NCBI GenBank assembly: GCA_043821485.1
Contig: JBDRCU010000038.1
Coordinates: 1 to 60,028, forward strand
Length of the DNA: 60,028 bases
Reading direction: 5' to 3'
Source: Parcubacteria group bacterium
GTDB taxonomy: Bacteria; Patescibacteriota; Minisyncoccia; 2-02-FULL-40-12; IGHO2-01-FULL-4-A
In this document: one piece after another, positions 1 to 8,129 of the stretch
How the letters are laid out: every line of letters begins with the position of its first letter
Position numbering within the stretch: the first letter of the stretch is position 1
Program-made: the position numbers and the translations under genes
Notes under the pieces: generated by a model
The model's input: the letters and a program-made list of their open reading frames with translations, nothing else
Databases searched by the model: none
Told to the model about the DNA's origin: nothing

Positions 1-445
1 CAAGTTTTTTCATCCAATATTCTCCTTGTGTGTTTTCCGGAACCATAAGAAAGGTTTGACCTGAATTTGATTTTGATTTCGAGATATTAAGATCATATCC
101 GTGTTTGCTCCAAAAAGGAGGAAGAACAGTTTTGAGAGCTATACCCAGAGGTGTGTAATAATAGCTTGCGATATATTTTGCAATATCAAACTGCCAATCA
201 GAGACTTGAGGCTCATGACTAATGACACGGGATATATTTTTCAATTCAAATGAAGCACTTTTACGCAAAGCAATTTTGCGCTGTTTTATTGTTCCAGATC
301 CAATCACAATAGCCTTGATTTTTCGACGCCCAAGAGGAACCTCAACAACAGCACCACGCTCCAGAGATTCAGAGTGAAAATAGCTCAAAATTTGAGGTTG
401 AGGACGGGGAATGAGAACCAATGGAATAACGTCGATTATGTACAT
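1..445 (-). CDS. priA: Primosomal protein N' (PriA) N-terminal part, runs off window start
   Basis: Manual translation from ATG at 445: MYIIDVIPLVLIPRPQPQILSYFHSESLERGAVVEVPLGRRKIKAIV...QFDIAKYIASYYYTPLG, matching the PriA 3'-DNA-binding domain pattern (LSY, G..V.VPLG.R, A.YY..PLG); not in ORF track because truncated. Confidence 0.8.
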   Translation of the reverse strand, partial: MYIIDVIPLVLIPRPQPQILSYFHSESLERGAVVEVPLGRRKIKAIVIGSGTIKQRKIALRKSASFELKNISRVISHEPQVSDWQFDIAKYIASYYYTPLGIALKTVLPPFWSKHGYDLNISKSKSNSGQTFLMVPENTQGEYWMKKL

Positions 446-555
446 GGTTAACATCAGTATAGCACAAATAACCCTTGACTTTATACTAAAATATGATATT
501 CTATATTCATATTCCGAAACGTTTCGGGACGTTTTCCCGAGAAAAGAGGAGGATC

Positions 556-789
556 ATGTTTATAAGATCTTTAAACTCGAAGACGACAATAAAAATTGTC
601 GAGGCCTTAACCCCTCTTGTTAAATCCCGGGTTATCGAGATCGGCGGAGGCATCGGTAAACTCGAAGATGGAGCAAAGGATCCCGAAGGCTACGGTGACA
701 CATTTTCTGTACGTGTCATCGAGGGACGCAGAAAGGCAATAGAGGCCCTTCTGAAGGCAAATCTTATTGAAGGTATTGTTTGTCAGTAA
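556..789 (+). CDS. Small hypothetical protein (77 aa)
   Basis: Within ORF 493..789; ATG 556 preceded by SD AGAGGAGG and promoter-like TTGACT(475)-16-TGnTATTCT. Confidence 0.6.
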   Translation: MFIRSLNSKTTIKIVEALTPLVKSRVIEIGGGIGKLEDGAKDPEGYGDTFSVRVIEGRRKAIEALLKANLIEGIVCQ

Positions 790-1094
790 AATCGTGACAC
801 ATCGGTAAATGCACTCATTGAAATTTGTGTTGCGGTCCATGTGCCCTCTTTAATGTAGATAGAGGATACTAAACAGTTCATTCGGCTTTATATATAGTAG
901 CCGAGAGAGCAAGCGTGGGTTCGGACCAACCCCGGATGTATAAAGTTCTTTTAGCTTCAAAAAGCACGGACGAAATCATTACTGTATCAAAAATATTGGT
1001 ACGTTGATGAGTTCACATTCCCGTGCTTTTTGGTTGACAAGAGATTTATATAGTAGTAAAAAAGATTAAGGGAAGACTAAGAGAGGTGCTTGTC

Positions 1095-1352
1095 ATGGAT
1101 AAGCAGAAAGAAAAAAAGGCTCAAGCTTTCCTCCGTTTTTTCCGTTCTGTGGCGTTTTTAGAGATGGAGGAAGCAGAAAGGGCAGGCGTTCTAGGCCGTG
1201 CAGCTAAAGAAATCGAAGCTTGTATCACATCTCCTTCAGGTGAATCCGAATCACTTCTCTCTCAGCTTTGCAACGGCAATATCGAGGAAGAATCACTCGT
1301 GCGGTTGGAGGAGCTATGCGGGTTAAGAGAAAACACTCCCCTCCGCACTTAG
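1095..1352 (+). CDS. Small hypothetical protein (85 aa)
   Basis: ORF 1086..1352; GAGAGG SD before ATG 1095; followed by strong hairpins. Confidence 0.6.
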   Translation: MDKQKEKKAQAFLRFFRSVAFLEMEEAERAGVLGRAAKEIEACITSPSGESESLLSQLCNGNIEEESLVRLEELCGLRENTPLRT

Positions 1353-1363
1353 GTACCATCCGA

Positions 1364-1431
1364 CCGACGGCGGCTGCTGTATAGCCGCCGTCGGGAAAGA
1401 ACTTTTCAGGCAGTGTAAGCCTGATTTTTTT
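1364..1431 (+). terminator. Two hairpins (12-bp GC stem 1364-1394; 6-bp stem plus T-run 1406-1431)
   Basis: CCGACGGCGGCT...AGCCGCCGTCGG and TCAGGC...GCCTGA-TTTTTT. Confidence 0.6.
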
Positions 1432-1447
1432 GTGATATAATTACTTC

Positions 1448-2857
1448 ATGGCTGAAAAGGTACGAACACGTATAGCACCGTCGCCAACGGGTTTTTTGCA
1501 CATTGGTACGGCTCAGATTGCGCTTTTTAATTGGCTTTTTGCCCAACATGAAAAGGGTGAGTTTTTGGTTCGTATAGAAGATACAGACAAAGAGCGTTCC
1601 AAAAAGGAATTTGAAGATGATGCACTTGAGGGTCTTAAATGGTTAGGCCTTGAATGGGATGAATTTTATCGCCAGAGCGACAGAACTGATATCTATAAGA
1701 AATATATTGAGCAATTACTTGATTCTGGTAAGGCGTTTTGGTGCCATCATACAAAAGAAGAACTTGAGAAAGAGAAAAAAGCACAACAGGAGAGAAAAGA
1801 GGCGCCAAGGCATTTGTGCGAGTATAAGAAGGAGGGTGGCACAGGCGTGGATCGCGGGATAATCCGTTTATCAGTGGATCATGATTCTGACAAAAAGATC
1901 CGTTTTACAGATTTGATTAAAGGCGAGATAGAATTCGAGGAGAAACTCATCGGAGATTTTAGCATTGCAAAAGATCAAGATACTCCGCTTTTTCATTTAG
2001 CAAATGTCGTAGATGATTTTGAAATGAATATTACAAACGTGATAAGAGGAGACGATCTTCTTGCAAATGTTCCCAGACAAATACTGCTAAGGGAAACTCT
2101 TGGACTCACAGGAATTCAGTATGCTCATATGCCAATGATATTGGCTCCGGATAAATCTAAACTCTCTAAACGTCATAGTGCCACTGCTTTGCATGAATAC
2201 CGTGAACTGGGGTACTTGCCAGAGGGAATTATAAACTATCTAACACTTCTTGGATTTTCACTTCCTGAAGATAGAGAAATAATTGAGATTAATGAGTTGA
2301 TTAAGATATTTGATCTGACCAAAGTACATCAATCAGGCGCTGTTTTTGATATTAAAAAATTAGGCTGGGTCAACGGAGAATACATCAAAAAAATGTCGAA
2401 CAATGATTTAGCTGAAATGCTCAAACCAATGATAGAGCAAATATTCAAAACGGATATTAAAGAAGAAACGCTTTTGCAGTTGACTCCGCTGTTTCGTGAG
2501 AGAATGAAGAAGCTAAGCGATATTAAAGATTTCGACTATTTTTTCAAGGAGCCTGAATACGATAAGGAATTATTGATTTGGAAGGCTCGAACAGATAAGG
2601 AGGTAAAGAACTCGCTTACAGAGGTCAGGAGAATATTGGAATCAAATGGGTTAGATGACATTCAAAAGCTTCGTGAGCAACTCGATGAGCTTGGTAAACG
2701 TCTAAAAGATAGGGGATTAGTCTATTGGCCATTGCGTGCAGCCTTGACTGGCAAGGATAAATCCCCAGATCCAGTAGATATTGCTGGAGTTTTGGTTAGC
2801 AATATGGGCATTGACGAGATTTTAAAAAGGATAGATAAAGCGATAGGTAAATTATGA
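1448..2857 (+). CDS. gltX: Glutamate--tRNA ligase
   Basis: RIAPSPTGFLHIG (HIGH), RIEDTD, VIRGDD, KLSKR (KMSKS) motifs. Confidence 0.97.
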   Translation: MAEKVRTRIAPSPTGFLHIGTAQIALFNWLFAQHEKGEFLVRIEDTDKERSKKEFEDDALEGLKWLGLEWDEFYRQSDRTDIYKKYIEQLLDSGKAFWCHHTKEELEKEKKAQQERKEAPRHLCEYKKEGGTGVDRGIIRLSVDHDSDKKIRFTDLIKGEIEFEEKLIGDFSIAKDQDTPLFHLANVVDDFEMNITNVIRGDDLLANVPRQILLRETLGLTGIQYAHMPMILAPDKSKLSKRHSATALHEYRELGYLPEGIINYLTLLGFSLPEDREIIEINELIKIFDLTKVHQSGAVFDIKKLGWVNGEYIKKMSNNDLAEMLKPMIEQIFKTDIKEETLLQLTPLFRERMKKLSDIKDFDYFFKEPEYDKELLIWKARTDKEVKNSLTEVRRILESNGLDDIQKLREQLDELGKRLKDRGLVYWPLRAALTGKDKSPDPVDIAGVLVSNMGIDEILKRIDKAIGKL

Positions 2858-4110
2858 GATTCATTTTGAACAAAATATCGATTGTAATTCTTCTGGTGCT
2901 TTTTGTGGCTATAGGTATGAATTTCGCTTTGGCTGCAAGCAAGGAAGATCGCATTCTTGATTTGAGGCAACAGATCGAAGAGCTTACTAGGCAAGCAGAA
3001 CAATTCAGAAAAAATGTTTTGGACAAACAGCAAGAATCAAATACTTTATCCCGTGAGATTTCAATAATTAATAATCAGATTTCAGCTCTCCAAGCAGAGA
3101 TAAACAGAACTTCCAATGAAATAGAAACAACTGAAATTGAGATAGTAGACCTTGAGGGTCAAATTTTTGATACAGGACAAACCATAGATACGCACAAAAG
3201 AACATTAAGCGAACTCATGGTTTCCATGTACGAACGTGATCAGATGGGGATGGTCGTAATGCTTCTTAGTAATGAACACCTGTCAGATTTTGCAGATGAA
3301 GCACAACAAATTGAAACGCTGAATGCGCAGTTATCAAAAATAGTTACTGATTTAAAAGAACAGAAGAATTTTCTTGAGGATAATAAGAATGAGCTTTCAG
3401 ATAAGAGGGGTAATCTACTCGTACTTAACGATCAGCAATTCAATCAACGAAACTCGCTTGGTTCTAGCCGTAACCAAAAAGATAATGTCCTGAGTGAGAC
3501 AAAAGGAGAAGAAAAGAAATATCAGGAATTACTGAATGAGGCTGAACAGAAGAAAGCCCAATTTTTTCAGGAGCTACAAGCGCTTGAAAGTGAAGCACGT
3601 GAAACAGGAACATTTATAGTCCATGTAACAGCCAGTAATGTACCTGCAAGAGGAACAGAGCTCTATCAGTGGCCATATGAAAAATTTGTTAATACACAGG
3701 GATACGGATATACAGCTTATGCAAATCGTGGAGCCTATGGAGGGGCCCCGCACAATGGAATAGATATTGTTAGTGGTTATGCTAGTCCAATCAGATCAAT
3801 AGGGGATGGTAATGTTTTGACTGCAGGTTTTAATAATGGATTTGGAAACTGGGTAGCAATTCAACATGACAATGGCATGGTCAGTCTCTATGCTCATATG
3901 AATTCTCCTGCACGTCTTGGGAATGGTACGGATATTAAAGCAGGGGATACAATAGGGTTTGAAGGTTCCACAGGGAACTCGACGGGGTCGCATCTTCATT
4001 TGAGTTTATATACCGATTTCTTTACATATATAAGGCAAAGTAATGGCCAGATATACTTTAATTATTTTGATGGTACGGTTAACCCATTTGACTATTTGGT
4101 AAAAAGATAG
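2854..4110 (+). CDS. Secreted coiled-coil protein with C-terminal M23 peptidase domain (murein hydrolase)
   Basis: Signal/TM N-terminus, long coiled coil, HNGID, YAHM, GSTGNSTGSHLH M23 motifs. Confidence 0.88.
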   Translation: MRFILNKISIVILLVLFVAIGMNFALAASKEDRILDLRQQIEELTRQAEQFRKNVLDKQQESNTLSREISIINNQISALQAEINRTSNEIETTEIEIVDLEGQIFDTGQTIDTHKRTLSELMVSMYERDQMGMVVMLLSNEHLSDFADEAQQIETLNAQLSKIVTDLKEQKNFLEDNKNELSDKRGNLLVLNDQQFNQRNSLGSSRNQKDNVLSETKGEEKKYQELLNEAEQKKAQFFQELQALESEARETGTFIVHVTASNVPARGTELYQWPYEKFVNTQGYGYTAYANRGAYGGAPHNGIDIVSGYASPIRSIGDGNVLTAGFNNGFGNWVAIQHDNGMVSLYAHMNSPARLGNGTDIKAGDTIGFEGSTGNSTGSHLHLSLYTDFFTYIRQSNGQIYFNYFDGTVNPFDYLVKR

Positions 4111-4116
4111 TATACT
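4088..4116 (+). promoter_or_regulatory. Consensus sigma70 promoter TTGACT-17-TATACT
   Basis: Exact spacing read from sequence; overlaps the M23 gene end and points to ORF 4241. Confidence 0.6.
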
Positions 4117-4240
4117 TTGAATACAAGAATGAGATAGGTGACAGATCCTTCCCGGGTGTGCCGAGCACAGTCCAGGGTCCAGGGAAGGGGATTTCCACTC
4201 AGCTCAGGACTTTTTTCCCTTCGGGGACGGAGGTAATGAG

Positions 4241-4429
4241 ATGAGGACTGAATTGACCTGGAGCGAGGCGGTCGGCCTTCTCTCCGGAGCTCTCGATGGC
4301 GAGAAGTACAGGAGGAAGGAGATTGAAAGAATCTCCATGAGGAAGGCAGCCCATTCTAGGGCGGTGGCGAGATTCGCTGTGAAACGTCATCGTCAGAACA
4401 AAAAGAGCGACGGAAAGAAAGGGGACTAG
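4241..4429 (+). CDS. Small basic hypothetical protein (62 aa)
   Basis: GGAGGT SD 9-10 nt before ATG, upstream promoter, downstream AAGCCCGC...GCGGGCTTTT stem (4479-4521). Confidence 0.6.
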   Translation: MRTELTWSEAVGLLSGALDGEKYRRKEIERISMRKAAHSRAVARFAVKRHRQNKKSDGKKGD

Positions 4430-4720
4430 ACCCCTTCAAACCGTTGCCAGCACCCATGGTAATATCACCATAGGCTAGAAGCCCGCAGTATCACTTCACG
4501 ATACACTTCACGCGGGCTTTTCAACTTTTAGAAACAAAAAAATAGATACCCATACCACGGAGCAGGGGAGTAGTGGCCTTTTTTATAAAATAGAATCTAT
4601 AATTTCATATAAAAATATTTCTATCCCTTCCTTGTGCCATCCAAGATATTTTATTGCATGTTACAAAATATGAAATGTCAAATGTTTCACGAAACGTAAC
4701 AACTGTGGATAACTTTATGC

Positions 4721-4748
4721 ATGTCGCACAATATCGGGTCTATTGAAA
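4721..4748. other. dif/Xer-like recombination site candidate 1 (11-6-11)
   Basis: ATGTCGCACAA-TATCGG-GTCTATTGAAA; left arm resembles the XerC arm of dif. Confidence 0.35.
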
Positions 4749-5121
4749 AGAGGAGTGATACGTAAACATACTGATTCATATATTGATAGATATGTCCACT
4801 AGTTTGTCTGGCTACTTGAGTAGTATCAATAGGGGTATATATATGTGTTTTTATAACAATTCTCTGTTTCATTCTTATTATCTATCTCTTTAATATCTAT
4901 ATGTATTTAAGGCGTTCTAGAATCGTTTCTAACGGTCTTTGATATACCAAAAGGTACAATCACCCTCGGAGAAGATTATCTTTAGTTTATATAACAAAAT
5001 AGAGCATTAAAGAGGATACATATGTATACTAGGGAGTCATTAAATGGTCTGTAGGCCAAAGGTAGTTCGAGGCTCTAATATATTAAGTATTCGTTATATA
5101 TAGATATTCAAAGAATATACT

Positions 5122-5149
5122 ATGTCGCACAACCTACATTGTGCGACTG
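5122..5149. other. dif/Xer-like recombination site candidate 2 (symmetric 11-6-11)
   Basis: ATGTCGCACAA-CCTACA-TTGTGCGACTG; left arm identical to site 1, arms are 9/11 inverted repeats. Confidence 0.45.
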
Positions 5150-5387
5150 CATATATTTCAGAAAAGGTCACTTTTTGTATTACTCCTCTATTCCATAGTA
5201 TTAGTTATCTCAATTGAATTTTATTTATTAGTAATAAGGAGCATATCTTTTAAAAGTCATCTCGTTCTCTCCTCCCCCATAGGTAGCTTTTTTTATACGC
5301 TTGATTAATTCCGATTATTATGGTATATTAATATTATTAAATCGGGCCACTCCCCTGTCTCATTTAAATGGGGGTATGGAGGATCCG

Positions 5388-5555
5388 ATGGGAAAGAGGG
5401 AAAAGAAGGAAGAAGAGAAATTTGATGGACAGTTCGGGCTTTTTGAGACCGGGCTGAACATCAGCAAAAAGCCTCCACTTCCAGTAGAGCTGGAGATGGA
5501 ACAGATCCGAGCCAGAGTAGCTCGGAGAGAGGAGAAAAAAGAAGTACACGCCTAA
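5388..5555 (+). CDS. Small charged hypothetical protein (55 aa)
   Basis: Within ORF 5301..5555; GGAGG SD before ATG 5388; TTGATT(5301)-17-TATATT promoter; downstream hairpin. Confidence 0.55.
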   Translation: MGKREKKEEEKFDGQFGLFETGLNISKKPPLPVELEMEQIRARVARREEKKEVHA

Positions 5556-5704
5556 TCCGCCCCCAAGGACAACACCTCGTCCTACGGGGCGTTGTTCGTT
5601 TTCTGGGGTTCTGATGTTGAATGATTTTTCATTTTATAGTATATCTTTTTATAGGTTTCCAATTTGTTAACGTTAACGCCGAAGGACCAAGAGAGGTATT
5701 CGGA

Positions 5705-6082
5705 ATGAAGGTAAAGATTCCTCCAGGCGAGATTCCTGTATCTCGTGGTGTTCTAGAGCGACTTTTTCCAAAAAACTTCGGCTCGGTCGAAGCGAGGCAA
5801 AATACCTGGCTGAGCGCTACAGGCGAACTTGCAGGAGAACAAGAGTCAGGAGGGTATAAACTACTTGGCGTCATTGGTTTGGGTGGCGGTGACGTCGAAC
5901 TGATAGGTAAGCTCTCCAGATACAGGGCCAAGGGTCCAGAACACCTCATTCGCCTGTTGCAAACAGTTATCTCAGACAAGCGTTGCGCTCAGGATGCCAT
6001 GGTGTCCTTTGCTCTCGAGGGAGAAGGAATTCTTGATATCGCTCCCGATCGTATCACTTCCAGACACAATCTTGGTTCCTGA
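5705..6082 (+). CDS. Hypothetical protein (~125 aa)
   Basis: Within ORF 5621..6082; AGAGAGGT SD before ATG 5705; downstream GCAGACG...CGTCTGC-ATTTTT stem. Confidence 0.55.
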   Translation: MKVKIPPGEIPVSRGVLERLFPKNFGSVEARQNTWLSATGELAGEQESGGYKLLGVIGLGGGDVELIGKLSRYRAKGPEHLIRLLQTVISDKRCAQDAMVSFALEGEGILDIAPDRITSRHNLGS

Positions 6083-6207
6083 TTGCATAGAGGAGCCGGT
6101 TGCGTGGAACACGTTCCTCTTGTCGCCTCAGCAGACGTACTCATTCCGAGTTATCCAGCTGGGGCGTCTGCATTTTTGACGAGATAATATGCTAAGATTA
6201 TTAAACA

Positions 6208-6960
6208 ATGTTTTATAAAACCCTTAAAGAATTTAAAGAAGATAACGGATACGAAATAGAAGGCATTTGGTATCCTCGTGTTACATCTATTGTTTCAATA
6301 AAAGCTAAACCGGCACTCCTTCACTATTATGGAGGTCACAAGAGCTATGCTCATGCAGAAGCTGCTATGAATCGTTCAGCAGAGGAAGGTACGCTAGTCC
6401 ATGAAGTAGTAGAGGCTATTTTCAATGGTGACTCCCCCGCTGTTCCGGAAGATATTGAGCCTGTCATTAGTGAATTTATAAGTTTTAATAATCAAAGAAA
6501 TATTATTGCTCATCAAATTGAGCCTCAAGTTATTAGTAAGAAGCATAATTATGCCGGCACACTAGATGTGATTGCAGAGATTGATGGAAAGCTTGGCGTT
6601 CTGGACATCAAAACATCACAAGCAATCTATAGAGATTATAATATTCAAACCGCCGCATATGTTGAAGCACTCAAAGAAGATGAATCTGTTCCAGAACTAA
6701 CTCGTTGGATACTTAGACTCGATCAATCACGGCCATGTCTTAATGGTTGTGGAGCGAAACTTCGTGAAAAAGGAGGGAATGTAAAAGTTTTAAACTCATG
6801 GAATGGTAAAGCCAGAACATGTTCGCATTCATGGGGACCTGTTACTGGCGAAGCTGAACTCAAAGAATTAGACAATCTCGAACACGACACCAAGGCATTC
6901 CTTGCAGCAAAACAACTCTGGGAATGGGAACACCATGAATGGTTAAGTCAGATTACCTAA
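6208..6960 (+). CDS. PD-(D/E)XK (RecB-family) nuclease-like protein
   Basis: PRVTSI, GTLVHE, YAGTLD...LDIKTS and Q-x-x-x-Y motifs typical of RecB/phage-exonuclease-like nucleases. Confidence 0.8.
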   Translation: MFYKTLKEFKEDNGYEIEGIWYPRVTSIVSIKAKPALLHYYGGHKSYAHAEAAMNRSAEEGTLVHEVVEAIFNGDSPAVPEDIEPVISEFISFNNQRNIIAHQIEPQVISKKHNYAGTLDVIAEIDGKLGVLDIKTSQAIYRDYNIQTAAYVEALKEDESVPELTRWILRLDQSRPCLNGCGAKLREKGGNVKVLNSWNGKARTCSHSWGPVTGEAELKELDNLEHDTKAFLAAKQLWEWEHHEWLSQIT

Positions 6961-6970
6961 TATTATTCTA

Positions 6971-7372
6971 TTATTCCTTGCAATTCCCTGCTAAGTGATA
7001 ACCAGCAGCAATAGCTGCCTCTGCATTCTGAAAGACGACCTTATTCTCCTCTTTAATCTGTTTAGCACCCGGGCACCAAGGATAGTGGAATACGCCTGAC
7101 TTACTCTTTCCAGATATGATTACTTCTACATCTTTGAGGCTTCTGGCTATGGGCGTAATTTCAGGTATATCTATCTCCGGTTCAGGCTCACTGGACCCTA
7201 TATTTGGCTCAAAATAGGCCTCTGGAGCCGTGATTGGGCTCTCAATGCTTATTTTCCCATTTGTCTTGCTATATACGTAAATTCGGCCCAAATTGAAGCT
7301 AAGGAAACCTACCAGAATTATAGCTAAAATAAGGACTATTTCTCTATTGTATCGTTTGACGATATCGAACAT
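6971..7372 (-). CDS. Membrane-anchored protein with C-terminal Ada-like metal-binding domain
   Basis: N-terminal TM; SGVFHYPWCP...F...EAAIAAGY...NC motif; ATG 7372 preferred to ORF-track start 7408. Confidence 0.7.
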   Translation of the reverse strand: MFDIVKRYNREIVLILAIILVGFLSFNLGRIYVYSKTNGKISIESPITAPEAYFEPNIGSSEPEPEIDIPEITPIARSLKDVEVIISGKSKSGVFHYPWCPGAKQIKEENKVVFQNAEAAIAAGYHLAGNCKE

Positions 7373-7409
7373 ATTTGGTAAGCTATCCTCTACGTTATAA
7401 TTCAACACT

Positions 7410-7682
7410 ATGGCACATACAAAAGCCTCGGGTACAACAAAATTAGGTAGAGATTCTGAATCAAAACGTCTTGGCGTAAAACTTCACGATGGCCAGAAAG
7501 CCATAATCGGCAATATCATCATCCGTCAGAGGGGTTGCAAATATACACCAGGGAAAGGAGTTAAGATTGGAACCGATGATACTATCTACGCTATAAAAGA
7601 TGGCGTGATTAAATTCATAACAAAGAAAAAAGTAAAATTCGACGGACGCAAAAAAGAGATCAAGATAGTGAACGTCGTTTAA
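7410..7682 (+). CDS. rpmA: 50S ribosomal protein L27
   Basis: MAHTKASGTTKLGRDSESKRLGVK...IIIRQRG. Confidence 0.97.
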   Translation: MAHTKASGTTKLGRDSESKRLGVKLHDGQKAIIGNIIIRQRGCKYTPGKGVKIGTDDTIYAIKDGVIKFITKKKVKFDGRKKEIKIVNVV

Positions 7683-8112
7683 CAGTCAGTAAGATGCTAG
7701 CTTTTTCTTCTCCTGGAAGATCAAGCTCTACACTGTGTTCGCCTATTTCTTTAATGGGGTGTTCAAGTTTTAAATCTTCGGGCTTAATCTTCAGCCCTTT
7801 CTCACTAGCGCTTTCAGCGATCTTGCGTGCATCAAGAGATCCATACAAACTCCCCTCTTCGCTTGCTTCCATCTCAAATTCAAGTTTCAAGTCAGCTGCT
7901 TTACTTACAATTTCTTTTGCCCATTTAATCTGCTCTTCGCGATTAACTTCGCGTTTTTTCTGTAATGACTTTGCCTGACTCATGGCATCAACATTTGCAA
8001 TACGAGCAATACCCTCGGGTATTAGATGATTGCGTGCATATCCAGAAGATACATCCTTAATATCCCCTGCCTGTGCTGTGCCCTTGACGTTTTGTAGAAA
8101 TACAACTTTCAT
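7660..8112 (-). CDS. rplI: 50S ribosomal protein L9
   Basis: MKVVFLQNVKG..GDIKDVSSGYARNHLIP; GSLYGS; IKEIGEH. Confidence 0.95.
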   Translation of the reverse strand: MKVVFLQNVKGTAQAGDIKDVSSGYARNHLIPEGIARIANVDAMSQAKSLQKKREVNREEQIKWAKEIVSKAADLKLEFEMEASEEGSLYGSLDARKIAESASEKGLKIKPEDLKLEHPIKEIGEHSVELDLPGEEKASILLTVKRRSLS

Positions 8113-8129
8113 ATGTTTGAATAATTAGT

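Noticed and set aside
4687-4872. 61-aa minus-strand ORF in the dif-bracketed insert
   Set aside because: No SD, no recognisable motif and atypical composition; likely spurious or a remnant
4430-5300. oriC
   Set aside because: Only one perfect DnaA box; gene orientation converges rather than diverges here; dnaA is not in the window
6208-6960. Cas4
   Set aside because: Lacks the N-terminal Cys of the four-Cys Fe-S cluster; no CRISPR or cas context
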